Source: Polymyxa betae A26-41
Taxonomy: Eukaryota; Protista; Endomyxa: Phytomyxea
DNA length: 61,944 nt
Direction: 5' to 3'
NCBI GenBank assembly: GCA_003693705.1
Contig: RBZT01000610.1
Location: forward strand, 1-61,944
The notes below the pieces were generated by a model that did no database searches, was not told the DNA's origin, and saw only the letters and a list, made by a program, of their open reading frames with translations. This document shows positions 35,505 to 48,599 of this stretch, piece by piece. The position numbers were made by a program, and so were the translations under genes. Every line of letters starts with the position of its first letter. Positions within the stretch are counted from its first letter, which is position 1.

Positions 35505-36560
35505 TTCTCGATAGAACATTCAAGGTGGTTCCAGACAAGTTCCAACAGCTAGTTATAATGGCGAAAGAGGCTGGGACCGATATGTATATACCAGCATTTC
35601 ATACTTTGATGTTAGGTAACTCCACATACATTTACCAGAATTGAATATGTTCGTTGATGTTATTGGATGTAAGAGCATCCACAGCGCGCAACTTTATTCG
35701 TCAAAATCTATTCTCAAATAGAGCAGAAATAATCCGCGCAAAATAGAATTGAACCGAATTGTCACACCGCGGAGATTAACTATCCGCAGTTGTATTTTCG
35801 GTTTTGCATAAGAGCCCGAAAGACTGTGCGGGATAGCTGTGCTATTTTTGCGACGATCGGGGGAAATAACTTTGATCTATTTTAACCAACGGAAAAGGGC
35901 TGTGCGGTGCGGCAATTTTTGCTATTCTATTGCTATTTTAGCTTAACTTCGTGAATAGAAATGCGCGGTGTGGATGCTCTAAGATCCGGGTCACCACGGT
36001 TACCACTTTGAAAAGGCATTTATCAAAGGAATCAAAGGTGAATATTTTCTCCATTCCATAGTGGGAAATTCCAGATATCAATCTTATGTGTATTCGGCAA
36101 AGACGTAATGGTTATTGCCTGCTTCTTTCATTGGAAGCTAGCCAATCGTAGATAGCTAAAAGATCAACATGTTTCTGATGAGATTATTGCCATGCTTATG
36201 GGCCCAGGTGTTTTTGATCTGCTTATTGTCATCCCTCATCTAGAAATCTGCAGCTTAGAATTTGAGTATCTTCGCCAGAAACTACTGCATATTAATAACG
36301 ACGAAAGGGCCATGCTAGACACTTTCTTTTATTATATACGTGTGACATTGATGCGACAATATTCTCTATATGATTGGAATTAATATATAACAGCATCAAC
36401 AGCCAGGAAATCGACAATCGAACCGACAACGCCCTGGAAAGTTTCCACAGGCGTTTCTCTTCGATTTTTACCTGCAATGGACATCCAAATATATTAGATT
36501 CGGTTGAACAGGCTTCGTAATGATATTGAACAGTCCTTCTATAGATAACAGGATTGCAAA
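35505..36560 (+). pseudogene. MULE/Mutator transposase remnant interrupted by a MITE
   Basis: LDRTFKVVPDKFQQL, FEKAFI, CFFHWKLANRR, NRTDNALESFHRRF...HPNI. Its N-terminal part may lie at ~31800-32260. Confidence 0.75.
35673..35979. mobile_element. Tourist-like (PIF/Harbinger) MITE, 307 bp
   Basis: 18-bp TIRs GAGCATCCACA(G/C)CGCGCA and a TAA TSD on both sides. Confidence 0.92.
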
Positions 36561-36599
36561 GCTGGTCGTGTGCAATCACCTAAATATGAGCCCGCGTTT

Positions 36600-38120
36600 A
36601 TCCTTGGCGTTCGAGCCTAGGTAAACCGAATTCGTGCTGGTTCCGAATAGTGTGTTCTCGTCGGCATTTGTCACGAACGGGGTTTCGACACCACACAATG
36701 AAACGGAGCCATCAAGGTAGATCATAGAGAAGACCTTTCTTGCATCATGACGGAGTAGACCTTGAATAGAAATGTTGTTAGGACAGCACCATGGAGGAGG
36801 CCACAGCGCAGCGGAATAAGGTGTAAGTACACGTCCCAGATGAGGAGAACGGCAGTAGTTGTTTCAAATAACGACTGAATGAGAGTGTCCAATTTAGGGT
36901 GGTAAGCCAGAAATGCTTGGGTAGGGTTTAGGATAAGCTCCCGGTATACCGAATCGTATCCTTTCTGCATGTCTTGAAGAACAGCGGCGTGGAAACACCA
37001 AAGCGTTTTGTAATATGAATTCCGCGGCCAGTGCTGCAGTTCCGAAGGCGCCGACATTGAACCCTGGGGATGTCAGTGGAGAGCGGAGGATATGTCAGGA
37101 GCTGGTGCCTGATGAATCGCGAGTATAGCTTGCGGGGATGCGTGATCAGGACAATGGGGCTGTAGCTGGCAAGGTGGTCCGATTTATCGCCTTTCTTGTG
37201 GATTATCGTTATTTGTGCGTTCCACCACGTAGACGGTGTTAAAGAGTTTTGGAAGCACAACGAAAACTGATTTGTGAAGTATCGTGGAGCCTTTGGGGCG
37301 CAGCAAAAAGCGATAGCGCTAATTGGTGTAGGACTGCAGGCCCAATGCCCTACCGATTTTGCATTCTTTCATTGCATCCCTAATGTCGAACTCGGCGGCG
37401 TTGGCATGGAAGGTGTTCCTTATGTCTTTATGTCCGGTTTTTGATGACGCTCAAAAATGAGCTGTATGACGTTCGGCAGCGGGTCAGTAGCGAGATTGAG
37501 GACTAGGAAAATCAAAATGTAGAGGTCATTGAATCCATCAGGTGCTGGTTCGTCCACGGCGTTGGTCCTAGTGCACGCAAGCTAGATTAATTTTTGCCGG
37601 GTTGCGACCAGCATAGATGTCACGGGGAGCCGGCCAGTTGCCGAGTTCCAGTCCGAGTCGGTGGACTTCGGTGGCAGTCCGGGGGTTGAGCCGCAGCTTG
37701 CGTTTGCCAGCGGGGAAACTGTTTCAGCCTGGGATTGGTTCAGTGTTGAGCCCCACCAGCTATACCGCGGAGAGCCCTCATGATGAGAGTGGAATGATGT
37801 CATTTGGTTCATCAATGAAACGTTGACGCTCATCGACGGTTTGGCAAGGCTGATGTCATCGGGGGACATGTTGCAGAATATAACGAGGACTATGGGTCGA
37901 GCTCAGGCAAAGTCTGGCCTGCGATTTGAAATCGCTGCTATGGTGCAATGCACGGCTGTTTCATTGGAATATGATGACAGTGATGCCCGGAAAGGGACGA
38001 CGAACCCTGGGGACACTTCCGAGTCTAATTTGAAAAGTAGGACTTTGAGGGTTGTCGGGTGAAGCGCGTCGTCATCAATGCACAATTTGGGTAGAGGTCA
38101 GTCTTTTATGAACTATACGT
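36600..38120 (-). pseudogene. Non-LTR (LINE) ORF2 remnant: partial RT, possibly AP endonuclease upstream
   Basis: WWNAQITIIHKKGDK...SYSPIVLITHPRKLYSR and LQDMQKGYDSV match LINE RT domains. The upstream part is heavily degraded. Confidence 0.75.
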
Positions 38121-38799
38121 CGTCCACATTGGATTAGGGAGACCTCGCGCGAAGTACGACCGCTCTATATTTAGACAATGGTATCGTAATGGTCAGGAAT
38201 GCTGCTGTCATTTGTGCCAATGTCTTTATTGAAGCTCTGGACATGAAGTTCGCTCCTATATAACATTCTAACGATGTGATATTGACCATAGTTTCTTCAT
38301 TATAGACAAAACCGACACCGACTCAATTGCTCTAGATCACAATACCGTCGCGGCAACCTTAAAGCGACAACTTGATTCAATTTCCGACTCACGTTTAGAG
38401 GCCACGCAGCGAGCGTTCTTTTATAATTCATTCATAATTGATAGTGTAATTGTCCGATTGGACTTAATCGCAGACCTCCATCTTTCTCACGATAGGCATC
38501 TATGTAACGATTGGATTTTCAAGCAAAATGTGGAATTGCTGGAAAGGATACAGACTCAAGTGCTCGTGGAACCACTGATTCTTGCCCTACCCACGACTAA
38601 TCGCACCGTTTTCTGGCATGTGCTTTACAGGCTCACAACACATTTCGATAAAATCGAATTCGGGAGGGAATTTTTGATAAAAGATGATTTCGTGCCCCGC
38701 GGAACGAGCTGTGTCCTCAGGCAAGGGTGTATGCTACTGAGAATCCAGCTGACGTGGAACAGCGTCTCGACATTTCTTTAATTGCATGTCCACAAACAA

Positions 38800-40300
38800 A
38801 TTCCGCTCCTGCAAAAATGTACGGCAACGTTTCTGCTTGCTTTCAACAGTTTGCATATGGTGCAAAACCATGGAGCCGTCCGGTCCAACAAACCACCCTG
38901 GTCAAGTAATTCCCTCCGCATTCCTTCAAGTTAAGACGATTAGCAAGAGAGCATCTCCCGGCATCGCAGGATGGTTGGCGTTGCTGTCGTAAACTACAAG
39001 TGCCATTCAACCAGGATGCAGAAGGTCCAAGATTCTCAGCATATCCTTAGCCTGATGTGCCAGATCCAAATAGCAGTTTCGGTTGGCTCCAGGAAATATC
39101 ATTCGGGTGCTGTCCGGATTGATGCCAGGATGATTGGAGACCATTTCAGGACTTAAGAAGATTTCTCCATGGCAAGGACGATGGAATGCAGATACCATGA
39201 TGGACATACCTTCACTCTTTGGTTAGATGTACTTTCGGTCCTCCTCTTGCCAAATTCTTTTTCCCATCGTGGGCTTGGAAGGTAGAGCCGTTCTGTGTAA
39301 CCAAAACTACTCTGGCTTCTACGTTTTTAAAATCAGGGGATATTACGACGTCCATGTCGTCTCCGGTATATGTTTCCATTCGAGTCTGCCAGAATTCAAA
39401 GTCGATTTCGAACTTATTTCGGTAACGAACAACATCAGGTCCTCATGGCAATCATTATAGGTGCTGCCCCTGCGGTATTCCTCGTAGTGTAAATTCAATT
39501 TTAACAGCATATTCCGGGCAGCTCGTTCTGAGACAGTCACATTGAATTCCAAATCACATTCGGTTTTGAGGTTTTCGTTGATCCATTTGTAAATTCAACT
39601 TTAACTGCAAATTGCGGGCAGCTCGTTCTGAGACAGCTACATTGAATTCCAAATCACATTCGGTTTTGAGGTTTTCGTTGATCCATTTGACAAATGACTG
39701 CGAGTCGAATTGGTCAGATTTGACAAAAAGAATGTAAAGAAGGCAAGCGGATCTAACGGCTTCGTCATCGATCAGAGATTTGGTTTTTTGGAAGTTACCT
39801 TGACTCAAACGAAGTAACTCCGAGCGGTCGACAAGTAGCCGACCAATTACGCATTGCCTGGGCACGATATGATCCGTCCGAATTGCTTCCTCTTTTGCGA
39901 ATACAACTCCGGAAATGTGTTTTTGATGAGGCAAAAGGACTTTTGGATCGTTGGTTATCATCCGGAAGAATCCAAAAACCGCAAGGAAGCGGATTCTATC
40001 ACAAAGTGGCTGCAGGAATCGAACGATTGGTCGGTGCGCTTGCGATTGCTTTCCAGATTTAATGATTCCTGTTGTGCAATAGCTTGGGAAATCTGGGTCA
40101 TCTTTGGCAACCGCCTATCATCTTGATCAGCTTCCGGATCGGTGGATTGCGACTTTTAAAATACATGTCGATAGTGTTTGATCCAGCCATAAGTTCAGCA
40201 TTTTTTCTCTGCGCAAGTTTCCTACGATAAATCGTTGGTCGGCGATTCGCTATTGTTACCATTTTGGAGATGGGATAGAGCTCCGGGTTTCGATTGAATT
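38800..40300 (-). pseudogene. IS630/Tc1-like DDE transposase remnant of a fungal/oomycete-type family
   Basis: VSERAARNMLLKLNL...GSTYNDCHED, STFQAHDG, GMSIMVSAF..PCHG, IFPGANR, VVYDSNANH. Confidence 0.6.
39488..39689. repeat. Tandem duplication with 100-bp period
   Basis: TGTAAATTCAA...GATCCATT at 39488 and 39588. Confidence 0.9.
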
Positions 40301-41667
40301 AAAGCCACCAAACGTTTCTCAACCAAATCTGTATCGCGCTTCAAATTCCTTCAAAAAAGAAGTCATTGTCAGTTGAAGACTTTTCTGGAGAGACTATCAT
40401 CTCTGCGGTCACAGCAGCCACATCGCGATCGAGACGCTTCATCTCTTGTAGATGTTTCAACTGACGTTGACTCTTGATTGCAGGTGCCATGTCAATCCAA
40501 AGGAGATTGGGACACCGGAGAATGAATCAGAGCAGAGATTGTCCACCTCCTGTAACCACAAACTCAATGGTATTGGCGGGGTTGCGCAGAAGGCTGTTCA
40601 GGCGCCCAGACCGAGGCGCGCACCATTGATGCTTTATTTTCCCCTTCCAAATTTCAACCCTTGTCATCTTCATACACAGGACACTTCATCATAGACGAAG
40701 CTTGCAGCAATGCCATGATCCATTGCAGCCACAAATCGATCTGAATTGATGTTTCCACCCGCAGCTGTAAAAAGCAGCCAAAATCAGGGAAAGCATTGCT
40801 CTAACATTGACTCCTTTTAACCATTCTTGTAGTCTGTATAACCGTTTGTCAACGGTTTCCAGTTTCCGATGCCAATCCGAATCGGATAATGGCCGGTCGA
40901 CCATGGGAGTTAGGGCCTCCTCCACCAGGATGAACAACATTCATGAAAAGACTTTCAAAGCGTTAGTTTATAGGGAATCAATTATTCATTTTACCTGCAA
41001 TAGACGGCATCGCATGGGCGGTTCGCTTCTGGGGCGATATCGAGCTGGGCGTGTAGAACACAGTTCTATAACAGCCAAAATAATACGTAACACTTTACCA
41101 AACTTCGTTAGTACCCTAATCTTCAATGGAAACGTCGTTAATGAAGTACTCCTGCTTCGAGAGCCTAGAGAAGCCTCTCCATTGTCCTCAATGCAGCTGC
41201 CCAGCTCGTTGGTTGGGGAACCTAAAACCGTTAAAGTTCAGTAAATCGTCGCTAAGTACCAACTTCAAATACCTTCGAAAAATTGAGTGTTGGCGTCAGA
41301 TATTTGGTGATCCAGAGCAAGATCAACTCCGCCGACGTCATCGCCAAGGTCGTTGTCGTCGGCATCAACGACTGGGGGCAGCTGATCTGGCTCTTCATCA
41401 TTGACGTTCTGTGATAACGCGTGAGAATGACATACAGATTCTCGTGATAGCTCGTCATTGCCCAGATTCCCCATCCGAGTTGTCACTTGAAGACTATTGT
41501 ACATTGTTATTATCACTAATTCAAATGAGGATGGAATTGATACAAGGTTATATTAAGAATCTTGTTAGGCATTTTATTGGTCGGTATCTGATTCCTCAAC
41601 TCCCATACTGTTATCGGAGGAACCCTACACACTGATCAGAGAGCAGCCTGAATGGGCTGAGGGTTTC

Positions 41668-42600
41668 TTAGCGATTCGCCAGCGGCTCTCCGACTAGCAG
41701 TTTGAGGAATCCCGGTCTCACGAATGGTTCGACTCCAAGCAGCCGAACCTTTGCCGCGACTCTGAAATCGAAATTTAGGCACAGCCTTAAGTCGAACGCT
41801 GCTTGGAGATCACGGAAAAGCGAAATCGCGAACCCAGGCTTAAGCATGTCGATGAAGGCGTTTCCCTGTACAAACAAGTGTAAGACAAAATTCCGACCGT
41901 ACCTCCGAATGTGTAGGCGGCCAGGAACACCAAGCCGAAGTTGGGGTCGTCGAGCGCCCTCTGCTGTCGCATTAGTCACTGACAAAGCATATGCAGCTCA
42001 GTGGTGCTTCTGTTCGAACATGTGCTTCCCCATTCGACACTTCTGATTAAACCTAATGCCGCTCTGGTTGCATTCTCGACGAGACCACTGCGCTGCTCAT
42101 TAAGCTGATCAGGCGCAGGTCTAAATCCATAATGGCCACCGCTCGCCTAGACAGTGAATTATCAAACAGCGACATTGCCATGAAGTAAGCATACGGGCCC
42201 GTTTTGACAATCTTGAGACCCGCATAATCCCTGAGCCGAATGCTTTGGATTCCTTCGCATCCAGCATCCTCGATGAAGAGGTGGATCCCTACAAGCTCCT
42301 TTATGTCGCTATCAGGGGAAATGTTTGTCACATCGAAGAGCCCCTGCCCTTCACCATGGTAAAAGCTGACCAGCCGTCAATGTCGATCTTGAGCTCAGAG
42401 GCATCCGGGAGCGGCTTGAAGTTAGAACCTGACTAAAATCGGGAAGGCCACGAATCCGGTTTCGGCTTTCTGGATTTCGTGACGGAGCCGAGAGCTTTCC
42501 TGAAACCATCCTCGTGCCTGATCAGCATTGTCCTCTTGCTCGTCCATCATACTGTCTCTGAATCTTCGTTACCGTCACAGATGAGCATGTTAGCTAGAGC
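41668..42600 (-). pseudogene. Possible degraded retroelement gag-like sequence
   Basis: Only weak, frameshifted gag-like blocks (e.g. DQARGWF). Confidence 0.25.
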
Positions 42601-43241
42601 ATCAAATTCTTGGTCGTCTTGCATAATGATGAGCAAAATTCGGAGACTATAGCAAGCAAAGACAGTTTAAAGAGGGCGCAAACTTCAGGATCGAACGGAG
42701 AGGTAAAACACCAATGTCCTCTAGTTGAAGGTCAGAGATGGAAAAGTGAGGAGATAAATCTGCATGAAATGTTACTGATGATAGTCATTTTTTTCTTCTA
42801 ACATCTCCGTATTGATGGATGAAATACTCAATAGCCCCGAAAGATCTTGTATGTGCTCTGGGGATATTTGGGTTATGTTGCGGGAAAGTCTCGGCCTTTT
42901 GTTACGGATATAACGAGTCTTTTGACAAAAAGTCAACTCTTTAATTTTTGACAAATTACGTTAATCTTGACAGAGCAGATCAAGTAACGCCGCTTCACCG
43001 TAAGCCGTCAGAGGAGCGACCGAAACAGAAGATTCAACAGTGAATAGCACGATACTGATAGGTTCGCAGAAGATCTCACGCACTTTGTGATGGGGGAGCG
43101 AAAGAGCGGTGTATACATATTAGGGACAAACCACATTAGACTACTGTGCTGTGAGCTGATATTCGGGATGATGCTGGGAGAATCTATCTAGATCCGAATA
43201 TCATGAATCGTGTATGCTGCTGTTGTTGGGAGACCCATAGT

Positions 43242-46200
43242 CAGGCCTCTTTATTTACGGACAGATCCGTAAAATCCGTAAATAGCTTATTTACGGATCG
43301 ACATCGATATTAATAATCGGATTGTCTTCAAAAGTTGGAGGTTTGAGATTGATTTATTATGGTAATGAACCTTAAAGATCCAGATGTAAACCGTTCAATC
43401 GTTCGTATTGCTTGCAGTGCAAGATCCCTTCCAAAGACAAGTCGGTGATCGAGGATCTGTAGTCATCTTTCTCGATTTTGATGACAGAGAAATCAGATTC
43501 TACTTGTGCAGTACCGGGAAATACTGTGGCGATGCCTCAACAGAATCTTTCGAGGAATTTCAAGCGGTTCTGATCCACCCTGCTGCTCTCAAAGCTAGAT
43601 TCAGGTCCCAATTCATTTAGCACCGGACGTAGAATTTGTTCGTCGGAATATGCTGCAGCCATTTGTTTGTGCTCCTGTTCGATCTTGGCAATGTCGGTCC
43701 TGGGCCAAGTAGTAAGTAGCCGAGGAGTCTGCTCGCGAACCGTTGCACAAAAATCACGCGGTTTTTCTGATGCCAGCGCTTGCGGTAGGACCTCGGGAAT
43801 AGGTACAGAGCTAGGACTATTTTGCGAATCGCGTTCTGCAACAATCACGCTGATCCCGAAACAGCTTTTAAGTAGAGCTGTGCAGTATCAGTTACAATTT
43901 CATCGAAAGCGTCGGAGCCCATATCGTCGATTCGCTCGTGAGCAAAAGAGCTTTTATCCAGGATGAACTCCCGGATGTTTTGAAAATTCGCCACAAATCG
44001 CCGGCATTCTGAAACCGCCCAGGAATCGTCCTAGACGAGCACCTCTGAAGCAGCTAGACATCCTTGGCCTTCAATTTGATGCAATAGATCGACATAAAGA
44101 CGGAACAGTTCGATTCTCTGAGCGCCCACCGTTGTCTTATGACCTTGAATAGCTTTAATGTTGACTCGGCAGCGGCGAAAAAACTCTTACACTATCGTTA
44201 ACGTCAACCACCATTCAGGGTTAGGCTCGCAGGATGGGTGTTTCTCTTGGAAATGATCTAGAATCCGGACTCGGTGAATTTTAAACCAGGAAGCAGCATT
44301 AAACTTTGATTACCATCACGGGTCAGCAACCATAGGCGCTGTCGTTCGCATATCATTGATGAGATTCGCTTGACGCCGAAGATATGAAATTACAGAGGTA
44401 AGCCGACAATAGGATTCTTCAGTCCCATACCAAGAATAAGCTTTTTCCAAAACGAGGTCGAGCTGTATGAGCCGCACACCAGATTCGAAGAAAACCCTGT
44501 TTCGCAACACGTTCAAAACGAGTTGCAACACCTGATATCGAACCTGTCATTTTGTTTCACCATCGGGTGTGATTCCAATAATAATATCACGCCAAGAGGA
44601 GCAGAGGGCGTCTAGCGCTTTACAGCAGGTCTCGAGAATAACTTCCGTAGTGTGGCGTTCGTAAATCGGCAGAGCTTAGAGATGGCAGTTGATATTGCAG
44701 GTCGAACAAGTGTGCATTCGAAGACGGATATCCAGATATGAAGTCGAATGTTGGGTAGACATATCCAAAGCGACAGAAAAGGCCGAGCTTTCGCTCAACA
44801 GCTCTGTAATCGATTGCAAATTAATAGCGCAAACTTTATTGGTCTTGACTGGTAGTTGTGACGATACCTCGTCACTCGTCACAACTACCAGTTAAGACCA
44901 AGAAATCGTGGAAATCAAGGAAATCGGCAAAACACAAGATCCTGAAGAAGCGTATCTGTATTCATCACCATTCTATCTCTCCAATTCTTCTTAAACTATG
45001 TCCCTTAGATCCTAAGATCTTTCATTCCTTTAAAACTCTACTTTTCCATGACTTATATTCAAAATCGACCTTCAGATCAAATCCAGATCCTCAACTTAAT
45101 CTAAAAATGCTTGGACTCGGTATTAAATTTGCTCCAAGACCTTATGAACCCGCTTCTATTATCTATAGCTCTGGTTTCTCACGTCTCCTTAGAGATACTA
45201 CAATTGCTACGACACCTTTTCCGCCACAAGAAGATATCTATCATCGTAAAATTCAGACCCGTTTTACATGGATCCCCGATCACGTTAATCCTTATACTAT
45301 AGCTTTAAATGAACACCTACATCAAAACTCTAAAGTCCTTCTTCTCTATCGAAATTATCCTTTCGAAGAAGCCTCGTCTCTTTATAAACGGCTAATTCGC
45401 CTGAAATCTGTACCAGCTATCAAAATCGTCCAATCCGACAAGACCTCGGGCCTCGTAGCCATGCATATCCTTCATTACAACAATATGGTCATGACACACT
45501 TATCTAACCCTCTAATCTATCAACGCATATGCACAATTGAATGCGATGATTTTCTGTCTACTTTATCTACAATTTACACAACAACATCAATCTTTATTTC
45601 ACGCTATCTCTAAATTAAAAAGAACTTTCCAAAAATAGCCTTCTATTCTTGAAGAAAAGCCAATCAACACTACAAATCATCCACTGTTTACCTAAACTTC
45701 ACAAAGCTGGACTTCCAGGGCGTCCAATAGTAGGCTCGCTATCATGGATTACAACCAAATGGTCTATATTGCTCGACTGTCTATTGGAAAAGATTTCTAC
45801 TCCTTTCGCTCTCAAGAACAGCATTACTTTAATCTCTTCTATCGAAGGACCACATCTCACTCCATCCCACATTTTATGCTCTGCAGACGTTTCAAGTCTC
45901 TACACAAATATGTCTTTATCTCGGCTATATTCTGTTATCCCAGAATACACAGCCCGTCCTTATCTAATCGATATTCTCCAGTTCATCTGTAACAATAACT
46001 TCTTTATTTATGGCAACGACGTATACAAACAATTAGACGGTATAGCAATAACGAGTTCATTTTGCAATGGTTTCCTCAGTGGAGCTGCCCATCGATGCAT
46101 GTCCAGAGCGTACTATGATTGAGCAAAGTAAACGAGCTGTTTGTCTAAACGAGCATCCGACAGAAATGTGGGCTACTGAAAGTCCGAATTGTAGGGGATT

Positions 46201-46897
46201 CATATAAGCAAGCCAAGCCAAATAGCCACGTAATAAATCGTAGGTGGCCAAAAAACTGACCTGATAGTGATACGAAATCGACCGACACCTTCCCAGGCAT
46301 GAAGACTATCGGCTTCATCTCGGAGGTCAACAAAGGCATTCATCATACGAATGAGTGTTCCTCCCTAAATATTTTCGTGGTCCCAAAGCATCTCGCCAAT
46401 GATAACGTCGACAATCGCTCCGTTGATGAAATGGATTTACACACTTGTTTACCCGAGATGTATTGATGCAATGTTTGGCAAAGTATTCTCGCTTCTGACT
46501 TTCATACAAGTTTCGATAGTGTTCCCAACGCTCCGGATGTTGTTTCTGATGATGCTGGGAGTAATTATCAGTACGGAAAGGGGCAGTGAAGAATTTGACA
46601 TTCTGAGGGCGCTGCCTTTTTGCTCCGATCTTTTCCTCTCTGCAGAAGTGAACACTGAAGAGGCATTCGGCAGCTTTGACCACCGATGGACGCTCCCGGC
46701 AATGCTGAGTCGCTCGTACCCCATATTGGAGGTCAGGGGAGCGCTGAAAAGGGGTGAATCGCTAGGGTAGCATGAAGATCGAAGTCTACTTCTCTGATTC
46801 CGACAATAACAATAAAACCGTGTTTACGGGTCGAACTCGCAGTCTATTTACGGACTTTACTGGCTTTTGGCATAAAATCCGTAAATAAAGAGGCCTG
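43242..46897 (-). mobile_element. Complete hAT-like transposon with degraded transposase and a nested Penelope-like insertion
   Basis: Perfect 20-bp TIRs CAGGCCTCTTTATTTACGGA; 8-bp TSD CCCATAGT at 43234-43241 and 46898-46905; FRTDNYSQHH..QHPERW, FSVALDMST, VFPGTAQVESDFS motifs. Confidence 0.93.
44835..46047 (+). mobile_element. Penelope-like element RT fragment inserted antisense into the hAT
   Basis: LGLGIKFAP, IVQSDKTSGLV, LPKLHKAGLPGRPIVGS, SADVSSLYTNM, NNFFIYGNDVYKQLDGIA. Truncated before the YxDD motif. Confidence 0.88.
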
Positions 46898-48599
46898 CCC
46901 ATAGTCGAACGAAACACCCTCGATAAACCTTGGAGCTGGAGCTGGACCCTACCTACAGAGCATTACGTCGGAGATGAGAGCTGGATATCATATAAAGATA
47001 GTTTACTGACAGAAATCAGATTGGCTTAGTTTGGCAGAAAAACAAACCGCGTCGTTTAGGAAACAGTTTGGGCTTAATGTGTAAGCAAAAGAAAGAAGCG
47101 ATATATAAAAATAAGAATAAAATAGCCAGTGAAAGAAGATCATGTCGAAGCCATGACCAATACCAAACCACAAAATGCGAGAATACAGAAAGACAAACTG
47201 ATGAAACCCTAAAAGCATCTCTAATCGTAAAAAGGATGGAGAAAAGGTTCATACCTGGGTGAGATTAGAACAAAAGTTTCAGGAACAGATATATGAATAA
47301 ACAGCGATACTGTGCCTAGACTAAGAAACGACGACTTTGTGACCTGACCTCTAAATTTACAAGGCGAATTGTAAACAACCAGATCACTGATTCTGCATCG
47401 CAATGGGGTGGCCACGACGCAGGAATCTCTTCCCTGCTCGCCATGCCTCAATGCGAAACATGGAGTATCCGATAAAGGATCAGATCTTTAAGACTTTCCA
47501 GATGAGGTTGCAACGGCTGACCAAATTAAGCAAGAAGAGAACAAAGAGCAGTAACTGGCAGAACAGCTGGAGAAAATCGGCATTTAGCTCTTACAATAGT
47601 TTTGTTAACCAAAAGAGAGCCACACTAAAACCGTATAGTGGCAGTTTACTCTACAAAACAGTTGCGAAACAAGCGGCTGAGCCTAAAAAGCAAATCGAAA
47701 TGTTTTTGACGAAGCCTCGACCTTATTAACAACCAGCTCCAGTGACGAGAAATTGGGATGAATACACAGGCTTTCTAAGGTTTAGAACGGTCGGCGTTAA
47801 AGACTGTGTCTGCATTATGGATAATTGGGAGATTTGCATCAATGTAATAGAAGGGTGTAACCGGCGATATCTGGAAATGTGCCTAGAAAGGCAAAGTCGC
47901 AGTCTCCACCATAAATGATGGCAAGGGTAAGGCGCTCGCCTTTCAATCTGAAGCCGAAAGACAAGAGCTCTTGAAAACAGCTGATGGGGGTGTGGAGCAA
48001 GCGCGCGGCCTCCAGAAAGTTCCCAAAGAAACCAACTGGTCAGGGTTAGGGTTTATATGTTATCGCATGTTTTGAGATGCTAACACGATTTCAAATACCG
48101 TATATCCCGGAGATATAGACACCCGACCTAAATGCCACTATCGATGCTGATTCAACGTGCGTATTGTCGCGGAGATAGTGAAACATTACATATGTCTGTA
48201 TTTGCCAATAGGTAGTTAGGTACATCAGCTGTGTTGATGGTGTTGATGTCTGGAAATGTTGAGATCGTTGGTCTCAGGAAAGGGACCGATGGTCGTCAAT
48301 GTGAGGTCCACAGTGACTGCAGTGGCGTCTGCGTTGCTACAGGGTGTCTGATCCGGTTCAAAATCTCCGTTAGATAAGTGGGTGTTTTTAGTTAATACTT
48401 GAATTTCTTTCCATTGAAAGCATATCTAGCGGAACGAGGTTTCGATGAGGCTGTATGTAAAACCCAAGTTGCTGACGAAATCGAGTAGTGCCGAGTCGGT
48501 TCTCAGCCAATTGGCTGCTGCTACCCAATAGGAGAACGCTTTGTTGATAAATTGGCACATGTAATTGATGATTATGCCGAACCTGAAAACATAAGCAAC

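Noticed and set aside
35505-35570. Continuation of DIRS RNase H after the inversion
   Set aside because: It reads better as a MULE DDE motif (DRTFKVVPDKFQQL).
46906-48050. Retroelement gag remnant flanking the third hAT
   Set aside because: Too degraded; no diagnostic motif could be confirmed.
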